The position numbers were made by a program, and so were the translations under genes. DNA of 64,000 nt. Source: Caulobacteraceae bacterium. GTDB lineage: Bacteria; Pseudomonadota; Alphaproteobacteria; Caulobacterales; Caulobacteraceae. Below, piece by piece: positions 53,139-61,478 of this stretch. Below the pieces are notes generated by a model that was not told where the DNA came from, ran no database searches, and saw only the letters and a list, made by a program, of their open reading frames with translations. Each line of letters starts with the position of its first letter. Position 1 is the first letter of the stretch. The DNA lies in NCBI GenBank assembly GCA_036494265.1, contig DASXOP010000057.1:10539-74538 (forward strand). The letters are read 5' to 3'.

Positions 53139-55029
53139 AACGAGCCTAACCGAGCGGCTGCTCTTCGCCGCTGGGGTCATCGACGCGGTCGGCAGCGTCG
53201 ATGCGGGCGACACGCAGACCGACACCCTCGCCCTCGAACGAGCCCGCGGCATCACCATCCGCGCCGCGGTGGTCTCGTTCGCGATCGGCGAGGTGACGGT
53301 CAACCTGATCGACACCCCCGGCCACCCCGACTTTATCGCCGAGGTCGAGCGGGTGCTGAGCCTGCTCGACGGCGCGGTGCTGGTGATCTCCGCGGTCGAG
53401 GGAGTGCAGGCGCAGACTCGGGTGCTCTACGGCGCGCTGCAGCGACTGGGCGTGCCGACGCTGATCTTCATCAACAAGATCGACCGCGCCGGAGCTCAGG
53501 ACGAGACCCTGCTGGCCAGGATCGCCGAGCGGCTCAGCCCGCGGATCGTGGCGATGGGCCGGGTCGAGGATCTCGGCCTGCGCCGGGCCCGGTTCATCCC
53601 GTTCGAGGCCGGCGACGGCGACTTCGCCTCGGCGCTGGCCGAACGCCTGGCCGACGGCGACGAGGCGATCATGGCCGACTTCGTGGCCGGCGCGCCGCCG
53701 GACTATCCGGCCTTGCGCCGAGCGCTGGCGACGCAGACCCAGGCCGGTCTCGTCCACCCCGTGTTCTTCGGCTCGGCGATCACCGGCGACGGCGTCGAGG
53801 CGATCAGCGCCGCGATCGCCGAGCTGCTGCCGGCGCCGCCGAGCGAGGAGGACGGGCCGCTGTCGGGCGCGGTGTTCAAGGTCGACCGAGGCCCGGCCGG
53901 CGAGCGCATCGCCTTCGCCCGGCTGTGGTCCGGCCGGATCGATTTGCGCGAACGGCTGCCGGTCCACGAAGACGACCGCCGGGTGACGCGCATCGAGGTG
54001 TTCGAGCGCGGCGCGACGCATCAGGTCCAGACCTTGCCCGCCGGCCGCATCGGCAAGCTCTGGGGCCTCGGCGACATCCGCATCGGCGACCCTCTGGGCG
54101 AGCCCAGGCGACGGATGCAGCGGCACTTTGCGCTGCCGACGCTGGAGACCGTGGTCAGGCCGGTGCGGCTCTCGGACAAGGGACGGCTCTACGCCGCGCT
54201 ATCCCAGCTCGCCGAGCAGGATCCGCTGATCGGCCTGCGCCAGGACGATCTGACCGGCCTGATCTACGTCTCGCTCTACGGCGAGGTGCAGAAGGAGGTG
54301 ATCCGCGACACCCTGGCCGCCGACTTCCGGCTGGAGGTAGAGTTCGCCGAGACGACGCCGATCTGCGTCGAGCGCTTGCTGGGGACGGGGGCGTCGCTGT
54401 GGGAACCGCCCTATCCGTTCATGGCCCGCGTCGGTCTGCGGGTCGATCCCGCCCCGCCCGGCGCTGGGGTCGAGTTCAAGCTCGAGGTCGACGTCGGTTC
54501 GCTGCCGGCGGCGTTCTTCAAGGCGGTCGAGGAGGGGGTGCGCGAGACGCTGCATCAGGGGCTGCTGGGCTGGAACGTGCCCGACGTCAGCGTCGCGATG
54601 ACCCACGTGATCCGCTACCGCCACTTCGCCACCAGCACCCCGTCGGACCATCGCCACCTTACCCCGCTGGCGCTGATGCAGGCGCTGAAGCGCGCCGGCA
54701 CGGTGGTCTGCGAGCCGATCGAGCGCTTCACCCTGACGGCGCCGGAGCACTGCCTGGGCAGCGTCCTACCCGAGCTTTCCAAGCTCGAGGTCGAGCTGCG
54801 CACCCAGGCCAGCGAAGGCCGCAACGCGGTGCTGGAAGGCGAGATCGCCGCCCACACCGTCCACGCCCTGCAGCTGCGCCTGGCCGGACTGACCGAAGGC
54901 GAGGGCGTGCTGGAGACCGCGTTCGACCACTACCGGCCGATCAGGGGCGAGCCGCCGGTGCGTCCGCGCACCGACGCCAACCCGCTGAACCGCAAGGAGT
55001 ACCTGACCAATCTGGCGCGGCGGCTGTAA
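53092..55029 (+). CDS. Tet(M)/Tet(O)/OtrA-type ribosomal protection protein homologue (EF-G-like translational GTPase)
   Basis: The N-terminus is LNLGVLAHVDAGKTSLTERLL...GSVDAGDTQTDTLALERARGITI...NLIDTPGHPDFIAEVERVLSLLDGAVLVISAVEGVQAQTRVLY...IFINKIDRAGA. The protein is collinear with Tet(M) as I recall it, down to the C-terminal EPPVRPRTDANPLNRKEYL. Its 645 aa compare with about 640 aa for Tet(M). Confidence 0.88.
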   Translation: MRCLNLGVLAHVDAGKTSLTERLLFAAGVIDAVGSVDAGDTQTDTLALERARGITIRAAVVSFAIGEVTVNLIDTPGHPDFIAEVERVLSLLDGAVLVISAVEGVQAQTRVLYGALQRLGVPTLIFINKIDRAGAQDETLLARIAERLSPRIVAMGRVEDLGLRRARFIPFEAGDGDFASALAERLADGDEAIMADFVAGAPPDYPALRRALATQTQAGLVHPVFFGSAITGDGVEAISAAIAELLPAPPSEEDGPLSGAVFKVDRGPAGERIAFARLWSGRIDLRERLPVHEDDRRVTRIEVFERGATHQVQTLPAGRIGKLWGLGDIRIGDPLGEPRRRMQRHFALPTLETVVRPVRLSDKGRLYAALSQLAEQDPLIGLRQDDLTGLIYVSLYGEVQKEVIRDTLAADFRLEVEFAETTPICVERLLGTGASLWEPPYPFMARVGLRVDPAPPGAGVEFKLEVDVGSLPAAFFKAVEEGVRETLHQGLLGWNVPDVSVAMTHVIRYRHFATSTPSDHRHLTPLALMQALKRAGTVVCEPIERFTLTAPEHCLGSVLPELSKLEVELRTQASEGRNAVLEGEIAAHTVHALQLRLAGLTEGEGVLETAFDHYRPIRGEPPVRPRTDANPLNRKEYLTNLARRL

Positions 55030-55151
55030 GCGGTCGAATTCGGCCGCGGGGTGGACGCGACGTCACCGCGATTTCCCCGTGACGTGCGACGAGGGAGGCG
55101 TACCATCCGCTCAAATTGGGCCGGCTGAGCGATGGCCCACGGGAGGATGAG

Positions 55152-55721
55152 ATGTCCGACGAGCGCATGCAGTACACCGGCGTGAACCACGTCGCCCTGG
55201 TGGCCCGCGACATGGCCGAGACGGTCGACTTCTACGAGAACGTGCTGGAAATGCCGTTGGTGAAGACCATCGACTTCCCCGGTGGTCGCGGCCAGCACTT
55301 CTTCTTCGACTGCGGCGCCGGCGCGCTGATCGCCTTCTTCTGGTTCCCTGATGCGCCGCCCGCCGCGCCGGGCATCGCCTCGATGCATGAGGACATCCGC
55401 GCCAATGGCGCCATGACCGCCCATGCCTCGATGAACCACCTGGCGATCAGCATCCCGGTCGAGAAGTTCGACGACTACGCCGCCCGGCTGAAGCGCAAGG
55501 GCGTGAAGCTCTATGTGATCAACCACGACGACTCGCCGGCCGGCGCCGCCGCTGAGATGCACGACGGGGTCTGGATCCGCTCGATGTATTTCCGCGACCC
55601 CAACGGCATCCACATGGAGCTGGCCGCGCTCACCCGGGCCTTCCGCCCCGACGACGTCGCCCACGCCCCAGTCGACGCCAAGGGCGTGCCCGTCCCGAGC
55701 AAGACGCCCGAGCTGGTCTGA
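55152..55721 (+). CDS. VOC-family (glyoxalase/bleomycin-resistance/dioxygenase) protein
   Basis: GVNHVALVARDMAETVDFYENVLEMPLV and MNHLAISIP match the family. The start is taken at the ATG at 55152, preceded by GGGAGGA. Confidence 0.88.
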   Translation: MSDERMQYTGVNHVALVARDMAETVDFYENVLEMPLVKTIDFPGGRGQHFFFDCGAGALIAFFWFPDAPPAAPGIASMHEDIRANGAMTAHASMNHLAISIPVEKFDDYAARLKRKGVKLYVINHDDSPAGAAAEMHDGVWIRSMYFRDPNGIHMELAALTRAFRPDDVAHAPVDAKGVPVPSKTPELV

Positions 55722-55747
55722 GCGCGAGCACTCCTCCCAATGCGACC

Positions 55748-55906
55748 ATGTTCTTTGGCCTCATCGCAATCTGCGGAGCCTGGGTCCTCTCGGGCTTTGG
55801 CGCGCTTTTAGCGCCGGAAGAATACTCGCCCGTGACGGAACGACTTGGCTCAGCCGTGGACCGCCCCCGCGAGTGGTGGAGAGGGCCTCTTCGGCGCTTC
55901 GCGTGA
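55748..55906 (+). CDS. Possible small membrane protein (52 aa)
   Basis: It is not in the ORF track. The translation MFFGLIAICGAWVLSGFGALLAPEEYSPVTERLGSAVDRPREWWRGPLRRFA gives one TM helix. The evidence is weak. Confidence 0.25.
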   Translation: MFFGLIAICGAWVLSGFGALLAPEEYSPVTERLGSAVDRPREWWRGPLRRFA

Positions 55907-55953
55907 CTTCCCCCAAGGGGCAAGAGAGTGTGCTTACTATCTCCTCCCCTTCA

Positions 55954-55983
55954 GGGGAGGGGGACCACGAAGTGGTGGAGGGG
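55954..55983. repeat. Solo copy of the GGGGAGGGGGACCACGAAGTGGTGGAGGGG repeat
   Basis: It is an exact match to the unit at 33025-33054 and is preceded by the small hairpin cctcccc-ttca-ggggagg. Confidence 0.65.
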
Positions 55984-56036
55984 CCCGCCGCGCCGCAGTA
56001 CCGGCCGGTTAGCGCCTCGACCGGGAGGACCATCCG

Positions 56037-57482
56037 ATGAGCGAACCCAAGGCGCACGACGCGGCCTCGATGCAGGCGGTACTGGCCAAGCAAAAGGCCG
56101 CCCATCTGCGCGACGGTCCGCCCAGCGCCGAGAAACGCGCCGAGTGGCTGGACCGCTGCATCGGCCTCCTCGTCGACAAGCGCGGCGAGCTGGAGCGGGC
56201 GATGGGGCAGGATTTCGGCTCGCGCTCGCCGAAAGCCACCGCCTTCGCCGACATCGCCTCTTCGATCGGCCCGCTGCAGCACGCCAAGGCCAACCTGCGC
56301 AAATGGATGAAGCCGGAGCGGCGCAAGACCACCCCGGCCATCCTGGGCATCCTCGGCGCCAAAGCCGAGCTCAGGTTCCAGCCCAAAGGCGTCGTCGGCG
56401 TGATCAGCCCGTGGAACTTCCCGGTCAACCTCACCTTCACCCCGCTCGCCGGCATTCTTGCCGCCGGCAACCGGGTGATGATCAAGCCGTCGGAGTTCAC
56501 CCCGGCGACGTCGGAGCTGATGGCGACGATGTTCGGCGGCGTCTTCTCCGAGGAGGAGATCGCGGTGATCACCGGCGGGCCCGACGTCGGCCAGGCCTTC
56601 TCCAGCCTGGCGTTCGACCACCTGCTCTTCACCGGCGCCACCGGCGTCGCCCGCCACGTGATGAAGGCCGCGGCCGAGAACCTGGTCCCCGTCACGCTGG
56701 AGCTCGGCGGCAAGAGCCCGGTGATCATCGGCCGGTCCGCCGACATGTCCACCGCCGCGGCGCGGATCATGAACGGCAAGACCCTCAACGCGGGCCAGAT
56801 CTGCCTCGCGCCGGACTATGTGCTGGCGCCGAAGGAGAACCTGGAGAGCTTTATCGGCGAAGCCGAAGGCGCCGTGCGGCGGATGTTCCCGACCCTGAAG
56901 GACAACCCCGACTACACCGCGGTGATCGCCCAGCGGCACTACGACCGGATCATGGGCCACATCGCCGACGCCAAGGCCAAGGGCGCCCGGGTGATCGAGA
57001 TCAAGCCGGACGACGAGGACCTGACCCAGCAGGAGCACCGCAAGATCGCGCCCACTCTGATCATCGATCCCACCGACGATATGACGGTGATGCAGGAGGA
57101 AATCTTCGGGCCGGTGCTGCCGGTGAAGACCTACCACGGCGTCGACGACGCGATCGCCTACGTCAACGCCCACGACCGCCCGCTCGGGCTCTACTATTTT
57201 GGCGACGATGCGGCCGAGCGCGAGAAGGTGCTGACCGGCACGACGTCAGGCGGGGTCACGGTCAACGACGTGGTGTTCCACGTGGCGCAGGAAGAACTGC
57301 CGTTCGGGGGCGTCGGGCCGTCGGGCATGGGCAGCTACCACGGCGTCGACGGTTTCCGCGAGTTCAGCCACCGCAAAGCGATCTTTACTCAGATGAAGAA
57401 GGATATCGGGCCGCTGCTGCAGATGCGCCCGCCCTACGGCCCGGCGATTCGTAAGTACCTCGACGGCGCTATCAAGCGTTAG
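56037..57482 (+). CDS. Aldehyde dehydrogenase (ALDH3/coniferyl-aldehyde-dehydrogenase-like)
   Basis: It has ISPWNFPVNL, LELGGKSPVII, the catalytic Cys in NAGQICLAPDYVL, and EEIFGPVLPV. Confidence 0.94.
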   Translation: MSEPKAHDAASMQAVLAKQKAAHLRDGPPSAEKRAEWLDRCIGLLVDKRGELERAMGQDFGSRSPKATAFADIASSIGPLQHAKANLRKWMKPERRKTTPAILGILGAKAELRFQPKGVVGVISPWNFPVNLTFTPLAGILAAGNRVMIKPSEFTPATSELMATMFGGVFSEEEIAVITGGPDVGQAFSSLAFDHLLFTGATGVARHVMKAAAENLVPVTLELGGKSPVIIGRSADMSTAAARIMNGKTLNAGQICLAPDYVLAPKENLESFIGEAEGAVRRMFPTLKDNPDYTAVIAQRHYDRIMGHIADAKAKGARVIEIKPDDEDLTQQEHRKIAPTLIIDPTDDMTVMQEEIFGPVLPVKTYHGVDDAIAYVNAHDRPLGLYYFGDDAAEREKVLTGTTSGGVTVNDVVFHVAQEELPFGGVGPSGMGSYHGVDGFREFSHRKAIFTQMKKDIGPLLQMRPPYGPAIRKYLDGAIKR

Positions 57483-57642
57483 CATAAGCCGGTCGCCGCC
57501 TGCCCGTAAAATAGACAGTCGGCGCCTCGGTGCGAGCGTAGGGGTTCCTTGGCGACAAATCGGCAGATCGTCACAGGGTGGTTGGGTTGCTGTGCCATGG
57601 TCGCGCTCTAGCGTGACGCCCAAACGGCTCTGAGGGGACCAA

Positions 57643-58845
57643 ATGAGACAACTATTGTTCGTGGGCGTCGCTTCGGTGGCGCTGCTCGGCGGCGCGGCTA
57701 TGGCTCAGCCCGCGACCGAGGACTGGTCCGGCCCCTACGTCGGCGGCGAGTTCGGCGGCGTCTGGCAGACCGATAAGCAGAGCGAGACGACGGCGCTCGT
57801 GCCGCCGTTCACCGGCCACGCCCAGGTCAACAACAGCGCAGGCGATGCCGGCGGCTTCGTCGGCTACAACTTCCAGCACGAACGGGCCGTCTTCGGCATC
57901 GAAGGCGACTACGAGGTCTCGGGGCTGGCTAAGACCGACATCTGCTTCACCGAGGACGCCGGCGCCGGCAACGCCAACCCGGGCGCCTGTTTCCCCGGCT
58001 CCGGCACCCTGACCAACCCGCAGGGCTACGCGTTCCGCGACCGGCAGTACTGGGACGCTTCGGTGCGCGGCAAGCTCGGCATTCTCGTCGGCAAGTCGCT
58101 GCTCTACGTCGAGGGCGGCTATGCGACTGACCGCTTCGAGACCGAATATTCGACCACCTTCGCCGGCGCCGTGCCCGGCCGTCAGATGTTCTCCGGCAAC
58201 ATGAACGGCTATACGGTCGGCGCCGGCATCGACATGAAGTTCGCGCCGCATTGGCGGGCGGGCATCGAGTATCGCTACGACGACCTCGGCGCGCGCAGCG
58301 ACAACATCAACTTGGCCGGCAGTTTCTGGAACGGGTACGCGGACAAGCATCAGCTGAAGGACAGCGCGATCAAGTTCCGCATCATCTACGCCTTCAACGA
58401 AAACGCGGCGCCGCCTCCGCCGCCGCCTCCACCCCCACCGCCGCCTCCACCGCCGCCGCCTCCCCCACCGCCTCCTCCGCCGCCCCCGCCGCCTCCCCCG
58501 TCCAAGGACGTGAAGGCGTTCATCGTCTACTTCCCGTTCGATCAGTACGTGCTGACCCCGGACGCGCAGTCGGTGGTGACCGAAGCGGCTCAGTACGCGA
58601 CCGGCGAGGAAGTCTCCAACCACGTCGGCGTCGTCGGCCACACCGACACCTCCGGCTCCGTCGCCTACAACATGCGGCTCTCGGAACGCCGGGCCAAAGC
58701 CACCGCCGACCAACTGGTCGCCGATGGTGTCAGCCAGCAAGTCCTCGACGTCAGCTGGAAGGGCAAGAGCGAGCCCGCCGTGCAAACCGGAGACGGGGTC
58801 AAGGAACCCTTGAACCGCCGCGCGGTGATCACGGTCAACTTCTAG
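57643..58845 (+). CDS. Outer-membrane protein: N-terminal beta-barrel, poly-proline linker, C-terminal OmpA domain
   Basis: It has the signal peptide MRQLLFVGVASVALLGGAAMA and a barrel ending in an aromatic residue (KFRIIYAF). A run of 30 prolines follows. The OmpA_C motifs are GHTDTSGSVAYNMRLSERRA and NRRAVI. Confidence 0.9.
   Translation: MRQLLFVGVASVALLGGAAMAQPATEDWSGPYVGGEFGGVWQTDKQSETTALVPPFTGHAQVNNSAGDAGGFVGYNFQHERAVFGIEGDYEVSGLAKTDICFTEDAGAGNANPGACFPGSGTLTNPQGYAFRDRQYWDASVRGKLGILVGKSLLYVEGGYATDRFETEYSTTFAGAVPGRQMFSGNMNGYTVGAGIDMKFAPHWRAGIEYRYDDLGARSDNINLAGSFWNGYADKHQLKDSAIKFRIIYAFNENAAPPPPPPPPPPPPPPPPPPPPPPPPPPPPPPSKDVKAFIVYFPFDQYVLTPDAQSVVTEAAQYATGEEVSNHVGVVGHTDTSGSVAYNMRLSERRAKATADQLVADGVSQQVLDVSWKGKSEPAVQTGDGVKEPLNRRAVITVNF
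58411..58500 (+). repeat. Run of 30 consecutive proline codons (CCG/CCT/CCC/CCA mix)
   Basis: Read directly from the sequence: ccgcctccgccgccgcctccacccccaccgccgcctccaccgccgccgcctcccccaccgcctcctccgccgcccccgccgcctcccccg. Confidence 0.95.
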
Positions 58846-58856
58846 CCTTCAGCGCC

Positions 58857-59008
58857 CCTTCTCCCCTTGCGGGAGAAGGTGGCCCCGAAGGGGTCGGATG
58901 AGGGATATCGCGATCTCTGCGGCTGATCTCTTGCGGCCCTAGTCGTCGACGCGCGTCGACCCCTCATCCGTCAGCTCCGCTGACACCTTCTCCCGCAAGG
59001 GGAGAAGG
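58857..59008. repeat. Palindromic element (CCTTCTCCCCTTGCGGGAGAAGGTG family)
   Basis: The left arm is ccttctccccttgcgggagaaggtggccccgaaggggtcggatgaggg. The reverse complement of the right arm is ccttctccccttgcgggagaaggtgtcagcggagctgacggatgagggg. The first 25 nt of the two arms are identical. Confidence 0.7.
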
Positions 59009-59016
59009 AGCAGCAC

Positions 59017-59487
59017 CTACACCGGCAGCGCCGTCGTGTACTTCACCTGGCTGAGTGCGAAGTGGGAGGCGGCCGTGGCGATGGTGGGGTGGCGCAGGAG
59101 CTCTCGCATCAGGAACCGCTCGTAGTCGGCGACGTCGCGCACCACCACGCGGACCAAATAGTCCCACTCGCCGGACATGGCGAAGCATTCGGCGATCTCC
59201 TCGCTGCTCTGCACGAACGCCTCGAACTTGGCCCGCTCCTCGACCGCGTGCGATCGCATCCGCAGCTGGCAGATCACGCTGACCCCGCGGCCGACCTTTT
59301 GCGGATCGACCAGACGCACCGCGCCCTTCAGTACGCCGGCTTCCTCCAGCGCCCGCACCCGCCGCCACACCGACGCGGCCGAGGCCCCGACCTGCTCGGC
59401 GAGCGTGGCCTGGCTCTGATCCGCATTGGCTTGCAGCGCATGCAGCAGCCGTCGATCGATGTCATCGAGTTGAACGGATTCGCTCAC
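59017..59487 (-). CDS. Lrp/AsnC-family transcriptional regulator
   Basis: LDDIDRRLLHALQANADQSQATLAEQVGASAASVWRRVRALEEAGVL is followed by the RAM/ACT-like domain. The start is taken at the GTG at 59487. It is divergent from phhA. Confidence 0.92.
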   Translation of the reverse strand: MSESVQLDDIDRRLLHALQANADQSQATLAEQVGASAASVWRRVRALEEAGVLKGAVRLVDPQKVGRGVSVICQLRMRSHAVEERAKFEAFVQSSEEIAECFAMSGEWDYLVRVVVRDVADYERFLMRELLRHPTIATAASHFALSQVKYTTALPV

Positions 59488-59583
59488 TTGATCGCCTGAA
59501 TATGAACTGTGGAACGCAAGATATCCCGAAACGCCGCGAGAATTGAACGGAAATCGCGGTCGGATCGTTCTAGATTCACCGTC

Positions 59584-60405
59584 ATGGCTTTCCCCGCGTC
59601 CATTCCCGCCGACGATTGGACCATCCCGCAGGACTGGGCCTCGTTCACGCCCGCCGAACACGCCCTGTGGGACCGCTTGTTCCAGCGGCAGTCCGACCTG
59701 CTGGCCAACCGCGCCGTGCCGGCGTTCCTCAACGGCCTCGATGTGCTGCACCTCTCCAAGCCTGGCATCCCGGATTTCGCCGAGCTCTCCGAGCGCCTGA
59801 CTAAGCTGACCGGCTGGAGCGTCGTCGCGGTGCCCGGGCTGGTGCCGGACGAAGTCTTCTTCGATCACCTGGCGCACCGCCGCTTCGTCGCCGGTCGCTT
59901 CATCCGCCGGCCCGACCAGATCGACTACCTCGAAGAGCCAGACGTGTTCCACGACGTCTTCGGCCACGTGCCCTTGCTGGCCGACCCGGTGTTCGCCGAC
60001 TACATGCAGGCCTACGGCGAAGGTGGCCTACGCGCCGCCCGACTGGGCGCGATCGAGCGGCTGGCTCGCGTCTATTGGCACACCGTCGAGTTCGGCCTGA
60101 TCCGCACCGGCCAGGGCCTGCGCATCTACGGCGCCGGCATCGTCTCCAGCCACGGCGAGAGCCTCTACTCGCTGGAGAGCGCGAAGCCGCCGCGCGTGGC
60201 GTTCGACCTGAAGCGGGTCATGCGCACCCGCTACGAGATCGACGACTTCCAGCCACTCTACTTCGTGATCGACCGGTTCGAGGATCTGTTGACACAGACC
60301 CTGGAGACCGACTTCGCCCCGCTCTACCTTGAGCTGGCGAGCACGACCGACATCGCGCCAGGCGAGGTGATCGCCGACGACGCCCTGATTGGGAGCCAGC
60401 CATGA
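59584..60405 (+). CDS. phhA: Phenylalanine 4-hydroxylase
   Basis: It has the iron-binding region PDVFHDVFGHVPLLADPVFADYMQAYG and EFGLIRT. The start is taken at the ATG at 59584. Confidence 0.95.
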   Translation: MAFPASIPADDWTIPQDWASFTPAEHALWDRLFQRQSDLLANRAVPAFLNGLDVLHLSKPGIPDFAELSERLTKLTGWSVVAVPGLVPDEVFFDHLAHRRFVAGRFIRRPDQIDYLEEPDVFHDVFGHVPLLADPVFADYMQAYGEGGLRAARLGAIERLARVYWHTVEFGLIRTGQGLRIYGAGIVSSHGESLYSLESAKPPRVAFDLKRVMRTRYEIDDFQPLYFVIDRFEDLLTQTLETDFAPLYLELASTTDIAPGEVIADDALIGSQP

Positions 60406-61478
60406 GCGACCTCTTCGACAATCCGCTGGGCACGGACGGGTTCGAGTTCGTCGAGTTCACCTCGCCCGAGCCGGAGCGCCTGCAGAACCTGTTCGAGCTG
60501 ATGGGCTTCGTCGCCGTCGGCAAGCACCGGTCCAAGAACGTGCTGCGCTTCGCCCAGGGCGACATCAACTTTCTGCTCAACATGGAGCCGGCCGGCCAGC
60601 CCGCTGACTTCCGCGCCGTACACGGACCATCGGCCAACGCCATGGCGTTCCGGGTCAAGGACGCCGGCCAGGCGCTGAAGTTGGCGGTCGAACGCGGAGC
60701 CAAGCCAGTGACCGGGCCGGTGGGGCCAATGGAGCTCAACATCCCGGCTATCGAAGGGATCGGTGGCTCTAACCTTTATCTGGTCGATCGCTACGGCGCC
60801 GAGGCGATCTATGACGTCGATTTCCGGCCGCTGCCTGGCGCGACCCCAAAGGCCAAGGGCCTTGGCCTCACCGCGATCGATCATCTCACCCACAATCTCC
60901 ACCGTGGACGGATGGATCACTGGGCGGCGTTCTACGAGCAGATCTTCAACTTCCGCGAAATCCGCCACTTCGACATCGAGGGCAAGCAGACTGGGCTCTT
61001 CTCGCGCGCCATGACCAGCCCGGACGGCAAGATCCGCATCCCGCTGAACGAGAGCCGCGATGCTCACTCGCAGATCGAGGAGTTCCTGAAAGACTACGGC
61101 GGCGAAGGCATCCAGCACATCGCGCTCTCGACCGAGGACATCTACCGCACGGTCGAGACGATGCGAGAGGCGGGGGTGAAGTTCCAGGACACGGTGGAGG
61201 CCTACTACGAGGGCGTCGATGCGCGGTTGCCCGGTCACGGCGAGAGCCTGCAACGCCTACGCGCCGACCGCATCCTGATCGACGGCGGCCCCAGCGAGGG
61301 GCAGGGGCTGCTGCTGCAGATCTTCACCGAAAACATGATCGGCCCGATCTTCTTCGAGATCATCCAGCGCAAGGGCAACGAGGGTTTCGGCGAAGGCAAT
61401 TTCAAGGCCCTGTTCGAGTCGATCGAGCTCGATCAGGTGCGCCGCGGCGTGCTGCCGGCCCAGGCGCCGCAATCATGA
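60402..61478 (+). CDS. hppD: 4-hydroxyphenylpyruvate dioxygenase
   Basis: It has NPLGTDGFEFVEF, IDHLTHNL, GIQHIAL and LLLQIFTENMIGPIFFEIIQRKGNEGFGEGNFKALFESIE. There is an ATGA overlap with phhA. Confidence 0.96.
   Translation: MSDLFDNPLGTDGFEFVEFTSPEPERLQNLFELMGFVAVGKHRSKNVLRFAQGDINFLLNMEPAGQPADFRAVHGPSANAMAFRVKDAGQALKLAVERGAKPVTGPVGPMELNIPAIEGIGGSNLYLVDRYGAEAIYDVDFRPLPGATPKAKGLGLTAIDHLTHNLHRGRMDHWAAFYEQIFNFREIRHFDIEGKQTGLFSRAMTSPDGKIRIPLNESRDAHSQIEEFLKDYGGEGIQHIALSTEDIYRTVETMREAGVKFQDTVEAYYEGVDARLPGHGESLQRLRADRILIDGGPSEGQGLLLQIFTENMIGPIFFEIIQRKGNEGFGEGNFKALFESIELDQVRRGVLPAQAPQS

Noticed and set aside
58381-58500. CCG/CCT-rich periodic DNA as a possible CRISPR or tandem-repeat array. The same pattern occurs at 63080-63115
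   Set aside because: It is in frame inside clear CDSs and simply encodes poly-proline. There is no repeat-spacer organisation. No CRISPR-like array was seen anywhere in the window.
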